From the IMG/VR virus record IMGVR_UViG_2880395615_000008: a stretch of 64,000 nt of DNA, one strand, 5' to 3'. Position 1 is the stretch's first letter, and every line of letters starts with the position of its first letter. Of the stretch, positions 1-8,807 are shown piece after piece. The notes beneath the pieces were generated by a model. That model was not told the DNA's origin. It made no database searches and worked only from the letters and a program-made list of their open reading frames with translations. The position numbers and the translations under genes are program-made. This DNA is from a virus. Lineage: Duplodnaviria > Heunggongvirae > Uroviricota > Caudoviricetes.

Positions 1-120
1 TCAGTGTGGTACATGGATATCGATACCACGGCTAAGTATAAATCTGGTGTTACTACCGTGAAAGACTCGGTACGACTGGATCCGTGGGTGTTTATGTTCT
101 CCGCAGGATATCGTTTTTAA
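1..120 (+). other. ompW: 3' end of ompW (outer membrane protein W) reading frame, phage-borne copy at prophage 1 attL; window starts inside it
   Basis: Frame 1 translates SVWYMDIDTTAKYKSGVTTVKDSVRLDPWVFMFSAGYRF-stop (stop 118-120), matching the remembered OmpW C-terminus (...DPWVFMFSAGYRF). Same segment recurs at 54237-54356 next to the second int. Confidence 0.55.
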
Positions 121-1284
121 TTTTCTCTGCAAAACCTCTGCAAAACTGGTCATCAAATGACCAGTTTTTTTCCATTCCTTACCGCGTGCGTCGTTGTAAA
201 TATCGGTCATTTTTTGATTCGAATGGCCTAGCAAAATTTTGGTATCAACCCCCTGCTCTCTGAACAATCGCTCTGATAAAGATCTCTGCTCATGGAAAGA
301 GGGTGGGGTGCCATTAGCACGCCAGTTGTAATCCACAGAATCCCGGGCTTTTTTAAATGCAACGGTTAATGTTGCTGGCTTAACCATCCCGCCGCGCTTA
401 GCTGTCCCTTTCGCGTGATGGTGGTGCAATAGCCACGGACTAAGAACGCAATCGCGGCAGGATGACACCACATCATCTAGGGTGAGATTTAATTTATCGC
501 AACGCAGAGCCAGAGGGATGGCAATCCGGGTTCCTGTTTTTTGCTGTTCGACATGACGATAACCATCCCGGATATCCGAAAATTGCATTTTGCAAATATC
601 TGAAAGGCGCTGGCCTGTCATCAGTGCCAGCAGCATACCGCGCTGTAAAAAGTAACCATCCTTTTCCGCTGCGTTATAAATCATCATCCACTCATCAAAA
701 GTCAGTCGCTGTCTTGATATCCGCACCTGCGGTTTTTTTGCAGATTCTGCAGGGTTAAAGCCTGGCGGGACATCGCCCGTTTGCTGAGCTTCCCGGAAAA
801 CATCGATCAGTACTTTCCTGAAAATTTGTCCCATTCTGTTATGTCCTCTGGCCTTGTACTCTTCCAGTACTGATACCACATCTTTTACGGTTATGGCATC
901 TAACGGTCTGGTGCCAAAACGTTCATCAAATACCCTGAGAGGGGCCGCTTTCTGTTTCAGCGTGTTGAGTTTGATCTCGCCGTTTTCATATCTTTCCTGT
1001 TGAATTTTTCTGTAATTATTCAGAAAAATGGTAACGGTTGATGAACCGCCGGTATCACTAATAATTTTCTCCTGCAGACTGAGCATTTGTTCCATTTGCT
1101 GCCGGGCAAGACGGCTGTTCGCTTCTGCTGCAATAGTTTCTGCCAGTTTCTGGTCAATACTGCCGAGACCGTGATTTTTGCCTGTTATGGGATGCCTGTA
1201 ACGCCAGTAAACTTTGTTATTTCTTTTGTCAAAATACGGAGATAATCCCGGAACATCGGTTTTATATTTTCGCGGGCGCGCCAT
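1..1284 (-). CDS. int: Lambdoid tyrosine integrase with frameshift-extended C-terminus (427 aa versus 376 aa in copy at 54399-55529)
   Basis: ORF-track protein near-identical to the 54399..55529 copy; lambda Int-like C-terminal region (HEQRSLSERL...LGHSNQKMTDIY). A7 run here versus A6 in copy 2 removes the stop after KEWKK and adds about 51 aa. Confidence 0.85.
   Translation of the reverse strand: MARPRKYKTDVPGLSPYFDKRNNKVYWRYRHPITGKNHGLGSIDQKLAETIAAEANSRLARQQMEQMLSLQEKIISDTGGSSTVTIFLNNYRKIQQERYENGEIKLNTLKQKAAPLRVFDERFGTRPLDAITVKDVVSVLEEYKARGHNRMGQIFRKVLIDVFREAQQTGDVPPGFNPAESAKKPQVRISRQRLTFDEWMMIYNAAEKDGYFLQRGMLLALMTGQRLSDICKMQFSDIRDGYRHVEQQKTGTRIAIPLALRCDKLNLTLDDVVSSCRDCVLSPWLLHHHHAKGTAKRGGMVKPATLTVAFKKARDSVDYNWRANGTPPSFHEQRSLSERLFREQGVDTKILLGHSNQKMTDIYNDARGKEWKKTGHLMTSFAEVLQRKLKTISCGEHKHPRIQSYRVFHGSNTRFILSRGIDIHVPH
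121..146. repeat. Two direct copies of 11-bp unit CTCTGCAAAAC between ompW stop and int 3' end (three copies at the prophage 2 site)
   Basis: Direct reading of ttttctctgcaaaacctctgcaaaactgg. Confidence 0.7.
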
Positions 1285-1510
1285 CTTCCAGTATCCTCTT
1301 CAAAGCAGGGTGATCTGTGGCGATCACCTCCGGCTTGTTTACCATTCCGACAAAGCGAGCTTGCGGATCCACTCGCCAGCGTCTTCCAACTTTTTTGGGG
1401 AGAGGAAATATCATTCCGGCTTTAGCGTATTTACTTAACGTACTCGGAGTAGGGACCGGTTCACTGAATTCCTCTTTTGCCCACTCAGTGAGCAGAATAA
1501 GTCTTGCCAT
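1262..1510 (-). CDS. xis: Excisionase-like small DNA-binding protein
   Basis: 82-aa ORF overlapping int start, position typical of xis; identical copy at 55507..55755. Confidence 0.5.
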   Translation of the reverse strand: MARLILLTEWAKEEFSEPVPTPSTLSKYAKAGMIFPLPKKVGRRWRVDPQARFVGMVNKPEVIATDHPALKRILEDGAPAKI

Positions 1511-1574
1511 GAGCGTCGTTCGCTAATCATGGTCGCCGCCACTATAGCTGGTGGGCAACGACCGGGGTTGAACA

Positions 1575-4025
1575 TTAAAAATCAGCCTGATTCGGGAGCA
1601 GTTTTTGCCAGATAGTTGAAACGTATTTTGCCTGGTAACGGGCATCATCCAGCGCATTGTGGCGCTCACCTTCGAATGGGATAGCAGTTCTGGCATCGAA
1701 GTCTACGGCTTTCCCCAGCTCAACGATTGTGCGTACATCGCGATCGTTGCAGTAGCGCCACGGGCAGGGGATACCCTGTCGTTCGTATGAACGGCGCAAA
1801 ATAGTGTTGTCGAAGTTGGCCCCATTACCCCAGACCTGAACAAAAAACTCACCGGAGTTTTCGTCGATAAATTCCCGCAATTGCAGTAGTGCATCATCTA
1901 ACGGGATTTCATCGGTCATAATGGCAGACTGCGCTTCACGTGATTGCTTCAGCCACCATTTAATGACGTCACGATCAATGACTCCGCCAGCAGTATCCAG
2001 ATCGATGGTCTTGCTAAATTCTGGTCCCATATCTCCGGTTTGCGGATCGAAAAATATTGCGCCTATTGAGATAATCGGGGCATCGGGATTTTTTCCCATG
2101 GTTTCAAGGTCGATCATCAGATGAATCCCCGCTCTGCTGGTGGATGTGAGATTATGATGACTGTTCGCCTTAATTAAGGGATCTGACGCCTCGCCAGTTT
2201 CACTATCGCTGGCATGATGCTGATTGCCGCCAGTGTTCTCCTTGTGCTGATGTGCAGTACCTTCCATTTCCTCCGGATCATTTTCCTGAACTTCAGGCTG
2301 ATTCTCTTCATCGAATATTTCCTGGTATGTTGCGTCGCCCATCACCGCGCCACAATCAGGGCAGTTGCCGCCGCCGGTCTGACCGCAGGCGGTGCAGACT
2401 TTTTCCACTTCCTGTTGCGCCACTGGTTCAGGCTGTTTCGTTTCTGGCTCGTTTTGTAACGCATTTGGGCTGTTCTGTTCCGTTTCTTGCTGGTTCTGGT
2501 TCACAGAATCGCGGGTTTCAATCCCCTTCACCCATTTCGGATCATTCGGGTCGCTAATCCCTGCAACAAATTCACCACGTGATGCGGCGAGCAACTGATT
2601 GGCGTCAGGCTGGCTGATATTGGCTGCCTGCATAATTTTCTTTACTTCGTCAGCGGTAACTTTTACCGGTTCTGGTTGTTCAGAATTTTGTGCGGTATTT
2701 GCATTTTGCGGTAAGCCTGTGTATGTGCCATTTTTTCGGGCAAAATATTCTTCTTTTGTGATTTCAGTAGCCCCGGCAGCCAGCGCCTTATCCAGACCAG
2801 AAAGTTTGTTTGCGCGACCGTATTTTTCGCAATCCTTGTCGGTGAAGAGGAAGTAGAACGGCCCCTCACGCTCTACAGATGGTTCGACTTCCACTTTGCA
2901 TTCGGTTTTTTCGTTGTCCGGAATTGCCGTTTCCACTGCATCAGTTTCTGGTACTGGCGACGAGAGAGTGTCAGTTGCGCTCTGATTTGTTCCTTCATCT
3001 TCAAACACGCCCTTTGTAGTCAGGTATTCAGTAATGTATTTGTTCAGTGCCACAGGGTCTTTGTGAATGTCGATCGGACGTTCACGGACAAGGCCAAAAA
3101 TAGTCTGGCGGTCGTAGCGAAGGGCATCAGGCTGTTTGCGCATTGATGCCGAGATACGCTTCCAGTCTTCGCGGTCGTTGTCGATAACTTCATTTTTTGC
3201 CCAGCGATGGATGCTGCCGTCAATGTTTCCGGCATCCACATCACCAGGCCAGAGAGCGTAGGCCAGTTCGTCATCCAGTGTTTTCCATGTCTGCTTATAT
3301 TCGCGACGAATGACTGCAGTGACAGGGGGGATTTTTTCTGCTGAGTTTTCAGTGTGCTGTCGGTGGACTCTGGCGCGGGCGAGATCAACAACAGACGTGT
3401 ATTTTCCGGTTTCCTTGCGTTCACCTTCGCGACGTTTTTTCCAGATGCGCATTTCTGCCTGAATTTCGGGCCATTTGGCACCAGGCTTACATTTATGCTT
3501 AACCCACCCGATGGCATGCAGCTTAAGCTCCGGATACATGGCGTTAACTTCTGGCATTTTCATCAACGCTTCAACGATATGTCCGTCGAATGTTGCCATG
3601 TCTTCCTGCAACAATTCCTGCGCGCTAATCACCATATCAACGGTGATGTTTTCACATGTGTCGAACTTAACCATGACAGCGTTCTGTACTTCAGGGGCCA
3701 GCTTGTCAAAAGCGACGTTCATCGGATCTGATTCAGTCTCAACCGGGACAAAGGAAGCAGCCCCCTCATCCCAGCGGTTTTCCTGCATATATTCAGCATC
3801 CCAGGAATCGAGGGCAGGGCGGGGTATACCGGGTTTATCCTCGCAAACAAGAAATTTATAAGCGCAGTCCTGAGCAGCCGGATAATGCTCCAGGAATTGC
3901 CAGTGAAATTTTGCGCGGGCGCGACGTTCATCACCGGCTTCAATGGCAGTGGCTACAGCGACTGCACCTTCTTCCTTTATTGCCTGTTCGTCCGGAATGG
4001 CGGCGCAAATAAAGACTTTACTCAT
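1575..4025 (-). CDS. Large exonuclease-like early protein with C-terminal DEDDh (DnaQ-like) 3'-5' exonuclease domain and a CxxC...CxxC zinc-ribbon
   Basis: 816-aa ORF. C-terminal about 200 aa carries [10 protein letters not shown] and HNALDDA motifs; [16 protein letters not shown] zinc-ribbon. C-terminal third near-identical to 55820..58264, N-terminal half unrelated. Confidence 0.6.
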   Translation of the reverse strand: MSKVFICAAIPDEQAIKEEGAVAVATAIEAGDERRARAKFHWQFLEHYPAAQDCAYKFLVCEDKPGIPRPALDSWDAEYMQENRWDEGAASFVPVETESDPMNVAFDKLAPEVQNAVMVKFDTCENITVDMVISAQELLQEDMATFDGHIVEALMKMPEVNAMYPELKLHAIGWVKHKCKPGAKWPEIQAEMRIWKKRREGERKETGKYTSVVDLARARVHRQHTENSAEKIPPVTAVIRREYKQTWKTLDDELAYALWPGDVDAGNIDGSIHRWAKNEVIDNDREDWKRISASMRKQPDALRYDRQTIFGLVRERPIDIHKDPVALNKYITEYLTTKGVFEDEGTNQSATDTLSSPVPETDAVETAIPDNEKTECKVEVEPSVEREGPFYFLFTDKDCEKYGRANKLSGLDKALAAGATEITKEEYFARKNGTYTGLPQNANTAQNSEQPEPVKVTADEVKKIMQAANISQPDANQLLAASRGEFVAGISDPNDPKWVKGIETRDSVNQNQQETEQNSPNALQNEPETKQPEPVAQQEVEKVCTACGQTGGGNCPDCGAVMGDATYQEIFDEENQPEVQENDPEEMEGTAHQHKENTGGNQHHASDSETGEASDPLIKANSHHNLTSTSRAGIHLMIDLETMGKNPDAPIISIGAIFFDPQTGDMGPEFSKTIDLDTAGGVIDRDVIKWWLKQSREAQSAIMTDEIPLDDALLQLREFIDENSGEFFVQVWGNGANFDNTILRRSYERQGIPCPWRYCNDRDVRTIVELGKAVDFDARTAIPFEGERHNALDDARYQAKYVSTIWQKLLPNQADF

Positions 4026-4117
4026 TTTGTTTTACCTCATTACAGATTTAAGGGTGAACAAATCCCTGCCATTGCTGGCATATAAGAATGAAATCGGATG
4101 TTTATTACGGAACTGTT

Positions 4118-4363
4118 TTAAAGACCTGCCGGGATTTCGTTATTATCCTGGTGAATAACTTTATCGACCGGGTAACAGTTACCGGGAATTTTCTGTTCGG
4201 TTGCTGCAGTCACACACTCCTGCATTGTCCTGTGAACACTGACTGCAATATCAACTGGCTCTCCGGAAACAAGAAAAACTGTCAGAACAAGTGCAAATGC
4301 TGTATTCATTGCCAGCATCCTTTTTGTATCGGACGTAAACGGGCCAGCATTGAAAGAATGCAT
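4118..4363 (-). CDS. Hypothetical small protein with hydrophobic N-terminal segment
   Basis: 81-aa ORF (AFALVLTVFLVSGEP); diverged homologue at 58357..58545. Overlaps dicB 3' end. Confidence 0.35.
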   Translation of the reverse strand: MHSFNAGPFTSDTKRMLAMNTAFALVLTVFLVSGEPVDIAVSVHRTMQECVTAATEQKIPGNCYPVDKVIHQDNNEIPAGL

Positions 4364-4494
4364 ATTTTATTTAATAACTCCCGTTCGTGTTTTCTCTTGT
4401 TAATGGCATCTTCAGTAAATACAGGGTTACTGATAGTGACACCAATTTCAAAACAACCTTCAGACGTATTAACGTTTGGTAATAACGTTTCCAT
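4306..4494 (-). CDS. dicB: Cell-division inhibitor DicB homologue (62 aa from internal Met of ORF 4306..4599)
   Basis: METLLPNVNTSEGCFEIGVTISNPVFTEDAINKRKHERELLNKICILSMLARL... matches remembered Qin DicB; sits directly 3' of a DicF-like sequence as in the dicBF operon. Confidence 0.7.
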   Translation of the reverse strand: METLLPNVNTSEGCFEIGVTISNPVFTEDAINKRKHERELLNKICILSMLARLRPIQKGCWQ

Positions 4495-4663
4495 TATCGC
4501 GTCCTCAACAATGAATTTTGTGATGCGGTGCCTGGTGCCTCCAGGTGACGTTAACCAGTTAACAATTAACGCCGGATACAGTGAATCCCCCCATAACACT
4601 GTTTTTAGCTTTAACTGTTCCGCGTGCGCTTAGCCGCATTCACTGCATCACAAAATTCACTTT

Positions 4664-4719
4664 AAAAAGGGCGGACATCAGTTCATGGGCAAACAGATGC
4701 CGCCAAACGTCACCAGAAA
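4664..4719 (-). ncRNA. dicF: DicF-like small RNA, divergent variant
   Basis: Minus strand reads TTTCTGGTGACGTTTGGCGG-CATCTGTTTGCCCATGAACTGATGT-CCGCCCTTTTT: conserved DicF 5' end and terminator stem, replaced central/3' body. Confidence 0.55.
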
Positions 4720-5052
4720 ATTGATAACAGAGGGCGTTGCAGCGGGGTTGTCACTTAAGCGTATGGTCAACCTGACAACCCGGTGTCCTCAACGGGGAAG
4801 GAATAACCCCGCCATACTTACCGCTGCGCCATTTCGCGGAGTGCCACAACCGGAAGCGCACGGTCGACGAAAATTTAACGACAGGCTATCTATGAACCAG
4901 CAACCTCGCCGTGCGCTTTCGCGTTATGCTCTGACTTTTCAGAGAAATATCCTTTCAGTAAACTGTCAGTGCCGGATGTTCACCCGTGTCCGGCGCACGC
5001 ACTCCACTTCACCCGTGGAGAACTCCTTAATTACCAACCCTCAGGAGGGTGA

Positions 5053-5286
5053 ATGTTAAAATCAACTCTTATTGCTAAATGCCTTTATCAAAATCGCATG
5101 GTAAGCAGCATTTCAATAGGCGAGTCTGCAGTTAAAAGTATTTTCGAAGAGTACTTTCCCGGGCATGATTTTAATAAATGGAATACCAAATTACCGCCAG
5201 CAGTTTCAACGCGTATTCTGAAAGCAACCGAAAGAGCAAGTACAATTCGCGTTAACTATTTCATTAAAGATTTGTGGGATCTTTGA
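5053..5286 (+). CDS. Hypothetical 77-aa protein, AT-rich moron antisense to the leftward early operon
   Basis: ORF preceded by aggagg Shine-Dalgarno (ccctcaggagggtgaATG); visibly AT-rich; converges on ORF 5264..5671. Confidence 0.4.
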   Translation: MLKSTLIAKCLYQNRMVSSISIGESAVKSIFEEYFPGHDFNKWNTKLPPAVSTRILKATERASTIRVNYFIKDLWDL

Positions 5287-5671
5287 TATCCACAGAGCCT
5301 AAAGTATGTGCATATGGATGTGCTATTATGCGCCCTCGCAGATTTGCATCATTTTCTAAATTCACTGAACGAAACAGGGCATCAACAAGGCTCTGTACAA
5401 TGCAAAGGCAATCGAAGACTGTCGCCGTTTCTGTTTTGATTGATGAAAGAACATGGCCATTCACGCAAACAGAAATTACCCGTTTATTAACATCGCTTTC
5501 CTGCTTTTGATTATCAGAACCATATAGCCCAGAAAAAGCATTGCGCACATTACGAACCATATTATCGATGGTTTCTTTTTCTGCGGTACTAAGGTCAAGA
5601 GTAGCCAGTTGTGAACGAACTATATTCGATGCCATTTCCTGTAATGGCGTTGGTAAATCTTTAAATTCCAT
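5264..5671 (-). CDS. Hypothetical early-left operon protein
   Basis: 135-aa ORF; N-terminal about 45 aa shared with 59586..59903 (MEFKDLP...NIVRSQLATLDLST), then diverges. Confidence 0.45.
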   Translation of the reverse strand: MEFKDLPTPLQEMASNIVRSQLATLDLSTAEKETIDNMVRNVRNAFSGLYGSDNQKQESDVNKRVISVCVNGHVLSSIKTETATVFDCLCIVQSLVDALFRSVNLENDANLRGRIIAHPYAHTLGSVDIKDPTNL

Positions 5672-5693
5672 TATTAGCCTCGTTGGTTAGCTA

Positions 5694-5912
5694 TTAACGT
5701 GGGTATGTAATCATTCTGGCAATGCTTAATGCCGCTGCTTTTTCCAGATTGGTGATATCCTGCTCCAGAGCGGACAGATTTTCAGCCTGCTTAGCCCTGG
5801 CTTCATTGGCCCATTTCAGGTCCTGCACCGCCTTAATTTTCTGGTGCATCCACTCATAAAGTTCATCATCGGTATAGTCTGGCGCGATGATGACGGGGTC
5901 TCGTTTCTGCAT
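5694..5912 (-). CDS. Hypothetical early-left operon protein (72 aa)
   Basis: ORF in operon context only. Confidence 0.35.
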   Translation of the reverse strand: MQKRDPVIIAPDYTDDELYEWMHQKIKAVQDLKWANEARAKQAENLSALEQDITNLEKAAALSIARMITYPR

Positions 5913-5984
5913 GTCGGCTCCTTGTGGTTAGCGTTGCCTGCTTTTTAACCACGTCAGGCGAGGTGGTATCCTCTGAGGGGTCTG

Positions 5985-6341
5985 TTACTCGAGAGGAAAT
6001 TGGTTATGAATACAATCAAGTTTTCTTGCCCAGAATGTGGTGGCTAAGTCTTTGACACATCCTTTAAGCCGCAGGGCTCTGACAGTTTCGCGGGAGCCAT
6101 CTGCAAAAATTGTGGTCACCTTGTAACTGAAGATGAGTCCTCGCAGTTCGATGACGAAATCGTTGACAATATCTTCGGTGCACTCACCAGAGACTTTCTG
6201 AAGTAAAGGCGCATACCGCTTAGTTACCGCTCTGATAACTCTTACCTGTCCGGCAATGGCGCTGATATCAATATAAAGCGCCATCGCTGTTTCTTTGCTG
6301 ATCCCTGGACGCCTTCCATTCTGATGTTTGACTTCGCCCAC
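5985..6341 (-). CDS. Hypothetical protein, first gene of leftward early operon
   Basis: 118-aa ORF directly downstream of the putative leftward promoter region; basic N-terminus. Confidence 0.35.
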   Translation of the reverse strand: MGEVKHQNGRRPGISKETAMALYIDISAIAGQVRVIRAVTKRYAPLLQKVSGECTEDIVNDFVIELRGLIFSYKVTTIFADGSRETVRALRLKGCVKDLATTFWARKLDCIHNQFPLE

Positions 6342-6548
6342 TGAGAAATCCTCTGCTTCCCCTTAACGCCGGGTAGCGGAACTGTTTGCTGAGAACACCG
6401 TGCGGTGTCTTGATGAGTAGAATTTAGAATAGCCTAAGAGTTATGGTCAAGCTTTTTGTGTAGAAAAACCTAAGCTTCTTGATGTAAAAAACACAAGTAT
6501 TTGAAAGTTTGTGCTTTTTATTACAGAGAGTTGCGAAAAAAAGGGGGG

Positions 6549-6956
6549 TTATTTATTTGCGCTTCTTTTGCGAGCTTTGAGTAGTTCTTCAAAAAGTTTG
6601 TTGAAATTCTCAACTCGAGCACGCATCTCTGACAACAGAGCCTTTTGCTCTGACTCAGGCAGTGCGTCGAACAGTTGAAGCAACTCTTTTTGATCTTCTG
6701 TCAGATTGACTGGCTGATTATCTGGGATCGGTTCGCCTGGTTGCTTATCTTCATCTCCAAAAAGAAGCCAAGTCGGCGAGCACTGAAGCGCCTGGCTCAG
6801 TGCGAATAATCTCTTCCCCGCTGGCTGTGTTTCATCTCTTTCCCATTGAGAAATTGTTACGTGAGCCACTTTGACCAGCTTACCTAATGCGGCCTGAGAC
6901 AGTTTTAATTTTTTTCGCCTGTATAAGAGGCGAGCACCGAAGGTTTCGTTTTTCAT
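6549..6956 (-). CDS. Prophage repressor, HTH XRE family (DicA-like)
   Basis: 135 aa; N-terminal HTH (LKLSQAALGKLVKVAHVTISQWERDETQPAGKRLFALSQALQCSPTWLLFGDEDKQP) resembles remembered DicA; divergent from Cro-like gene. Confidence 0.75.
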   Translation of the reverse strand: MKNETFGARLLYRRKKLKLSQAALGKLVKVAHVTISQWERDETQPAGKRLFALSQALQCSPTWLLFGDEDKQPGEPIPDNQPVNLTEDQKELLQLFDALPESEQKALLSEMRARVENFNKLFEELLKARKRSANK

Positions 6957-7032
6957 ATTAGGTAATTCTAATTTTTCTTGACTTAGGTTTCTCTACGATC
7001 TAGTTTCCTTAGGAAAATCTAAGGGGTTCGAT
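6957..7032. promoter_or_regulatory. Divergent promoter/operator region between repressor and cro-like gene with repeated CTTAGG/CCTAAG half-sites
   Basis: cttaggtttctcta (6982-6995) and palindrome CCTTAG-gaaaat-CTAAGG (7007-7024); similar TAGAAnAnCCTAAG motifs twice in 6420-6475. Confidence 0.4.
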
Positions 7033-7260
7033 ATGTTGAAAATTGATGCTATAGCGTTTTTTGGCAGCAAAACAAAGCTTGCCAATGTCGCAGGAGTTAG
7101 GCTGGCAAGCGTTGCTGCATGGGGGGAACTGGTTCCTGAAGGTCGCGCGATGCGCCTGCAAGAGGCATCCGGCGGGGAACTTCAGTACGACCCCAAAGTT
7201 TATGACGAATATCGTAAGGCAAAGCGGGCGGGGCGGTTGAACAATGAAAATCACCACTGA
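7033..7260 (+). CDS. Cro-like small DNA-binding protein
   Basis: 75-aa ORF divergent from repressor, first gene of rightward operon. Confidence 0.5.
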   Translation: MLKIDAIAFFGSKTKLANVAGVRLASVAAWGELVPEGRAMRLQEASGGELQYDPKVYDEYRKAKRAGRLNNENHH

Positions 7261-7795
7261 ACAGGTTTGTGAGGCTCTGGATACCTGGGTATGCCGACCA
7301 GGAATGACACAGGAGCAGGCGACGATATTAATCACGGAAGCATTCTGGGCTCTGAAAGAACGCCCGAACATCGATGTTCAACGCGTCACGTTTAATGATG
7401 GCGAGGTTGATCAACGGGCGCTGGGCGTTAACCGGGTGAAGATATTCGAACGCTGGAAAGCTATCGACACCAGAGATAAGCGTGACAAATTCACGGCGCT
7501 GATTCCGGCAATTATGGAGGCTATCCGGATCAGCGATTTCAGATTGTATTGTGAAATTACTGACGGAAAAAGCATTACGTACATGATCGCCGGGTTAAAC
7601 AAAGAATATGGCGATGTGGTGGAGTCCGGGCTGCTTTTTGCGGATCCAGTTGTTGTGGAACGTGAGACTGACGAGCTTATAGAAAAAGCTATTGCTTTCA
7701 AGCACGCGTATCGTCAGCAATACCAATATTACTTTGCAGATAAACAAATGTCTGCCAGGGGTTCGTATGAGTATCGATGCACTACGATGGGCTAA
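7244..7795 (+). CDS. cII-position protein (YdaT-like family, tentative)
   Basis: 183-aa ORF between cro-like and replication genes; call is positional plus weak family resemblance. Confidence 0.4.
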   Translation: MKITTEQVCEALDTWVCRPGMTQEQATILITEAFWALKERPNIDVQRVTFNDGEVDQRALGVNRVKIFERWKAIDTRDKRDKFTALIPAIMEAIRISDFRLYCEITDGKSITYMIAGLNKEYGDVVESGLLFADPVVVERETDELIEKAIAFKHAYRQQYQYYFADKQMSARGSYEYRCTTMG

Positions 7796-8807
7796 AAAGG
7801 TGAAAACCGGCAGTTCATCCAGTAAGTCAGTATTGACCTGGCTTGCTGATATGTGCGGTGCCGATTTGTGTGCATACCCGTCTGTATCTGCACTGGCAGA
7901 AGTAACGGAACTGAACAAAAAGACTGTGCAGGACAGCTTACGACACCTGATGGAGATTGGGTTAATTGTTGATACCGGTGAGAGAAAAGGCAGAACAAAG
8001 CAAATTGTGGTGTACCGACTTATCGGTGTAGAAGAAAGTGTTGCCGAGCCTGAATACACCCAAAAACGGGAGTCTTTAAAGGTGGGTAAAATTGGTGCTG
8101 TTAATAAAAACAGTACCGAAAATGGTTATGTTTCAGCACAAAACAGACCCAAAAACAGAACTCTTAGCTGCATGGAAAATAACCAAAGACACCCAAATTT
8201 TCCATCAAAGACACCCAAAAACGGATCACGGAACCCAAAGGAACCCAAAGATCTAAACCCCACACATAACGCACGCGAGAGTGCTCCGACCAGTGAGCAG
8301 GAAGTTTTGTCGTTACAGGCAGCCCCCCCTGTATTCCTGTATGGCCTGAGCGAACCCATCGGAAAATTCCCGATGAGCGATAGCTGGTATCCGTCACGGG
8401 ATTTTCGACGACGGGCTGCGTTGTGGGGGATGGCTTTGCCGGAGACAGAATTTACACCTGCTGAACTTGCCGCCTTCCGGGACTACTGGGCAGCGGAGGG
8501 GAAAGTGTTTACGCAGATTCAGTGGGAGCAGAAATTCGCCCGTCACGTAAATCACGTCAGGGCGCAGGTTAAACCAGTCAGCAAAGGGGTAAACCATGCA
8601 GCAGCACCAGGTGGCACCGCATCACGGGCAGTTCAGGAAATTCGGGCAGCACGTGAGCAGTGGGAACGTGAAAACGGATTTATCAGCGACGGAAACGGCC
8701 TGGAAGCTGTGGGAACTCATGGGGGTGGTTTATTCGAACCGCTGGATCCAGAAGAACGGGGCCGCACCTTCGAAGCTCTGGATTGCACAGATTGGCGCGA
8801 TGACTGA
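7767..8807 (+). CDS. Replication initiation protein (O-like, N-terminal wHTH, DnaT-like C-terminal region)
   Basis: Start taken at internal Met MSIDALRWAKK of ORF 7692..8807; YPSVSALAEVTELNKKTVQDSLRHLMEIGLI wHTH; DWYPSRDFRRRAALWGMALPETEF region. Confidence 0.55.
   Translation: MSIDALRWAKKVKTGSSSSKSVLTWLADMCGADLCAYPSVSALAEVTELNKKTVQDSLRHLMEIGLIVDTGERKGRTKQIVVYRLIGVEESVAEPEYTQKRESLKVGKIGAVNKNSTENGYVSAQNRPKNRTLSCMENNQRHPNFPSKTPKNGSRNPKEPKDLNPTHNARESAPTSEQEVLSLQAAPPVFLYGLSEPIGKFPMSDSWYPSRDFRRRAALWGMALPETEFTPAELAAFRDYWAAEGKVFTQIQWEQKFARHVNHVRAQVKPVSKGVNHAAAPGGTASRAVQEIRAAREQWERENGFISDGNGLEAVGTHGGGLFEPLDPEERGRTFEALDCTDWRDD

Noticed and set aside
4685-5059. 124-aa plus-strand ORF overlapping the DicF region
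   Set aside because: Overlaps the sRNA gene and terminator, has no start context and an Arg-rich translation.
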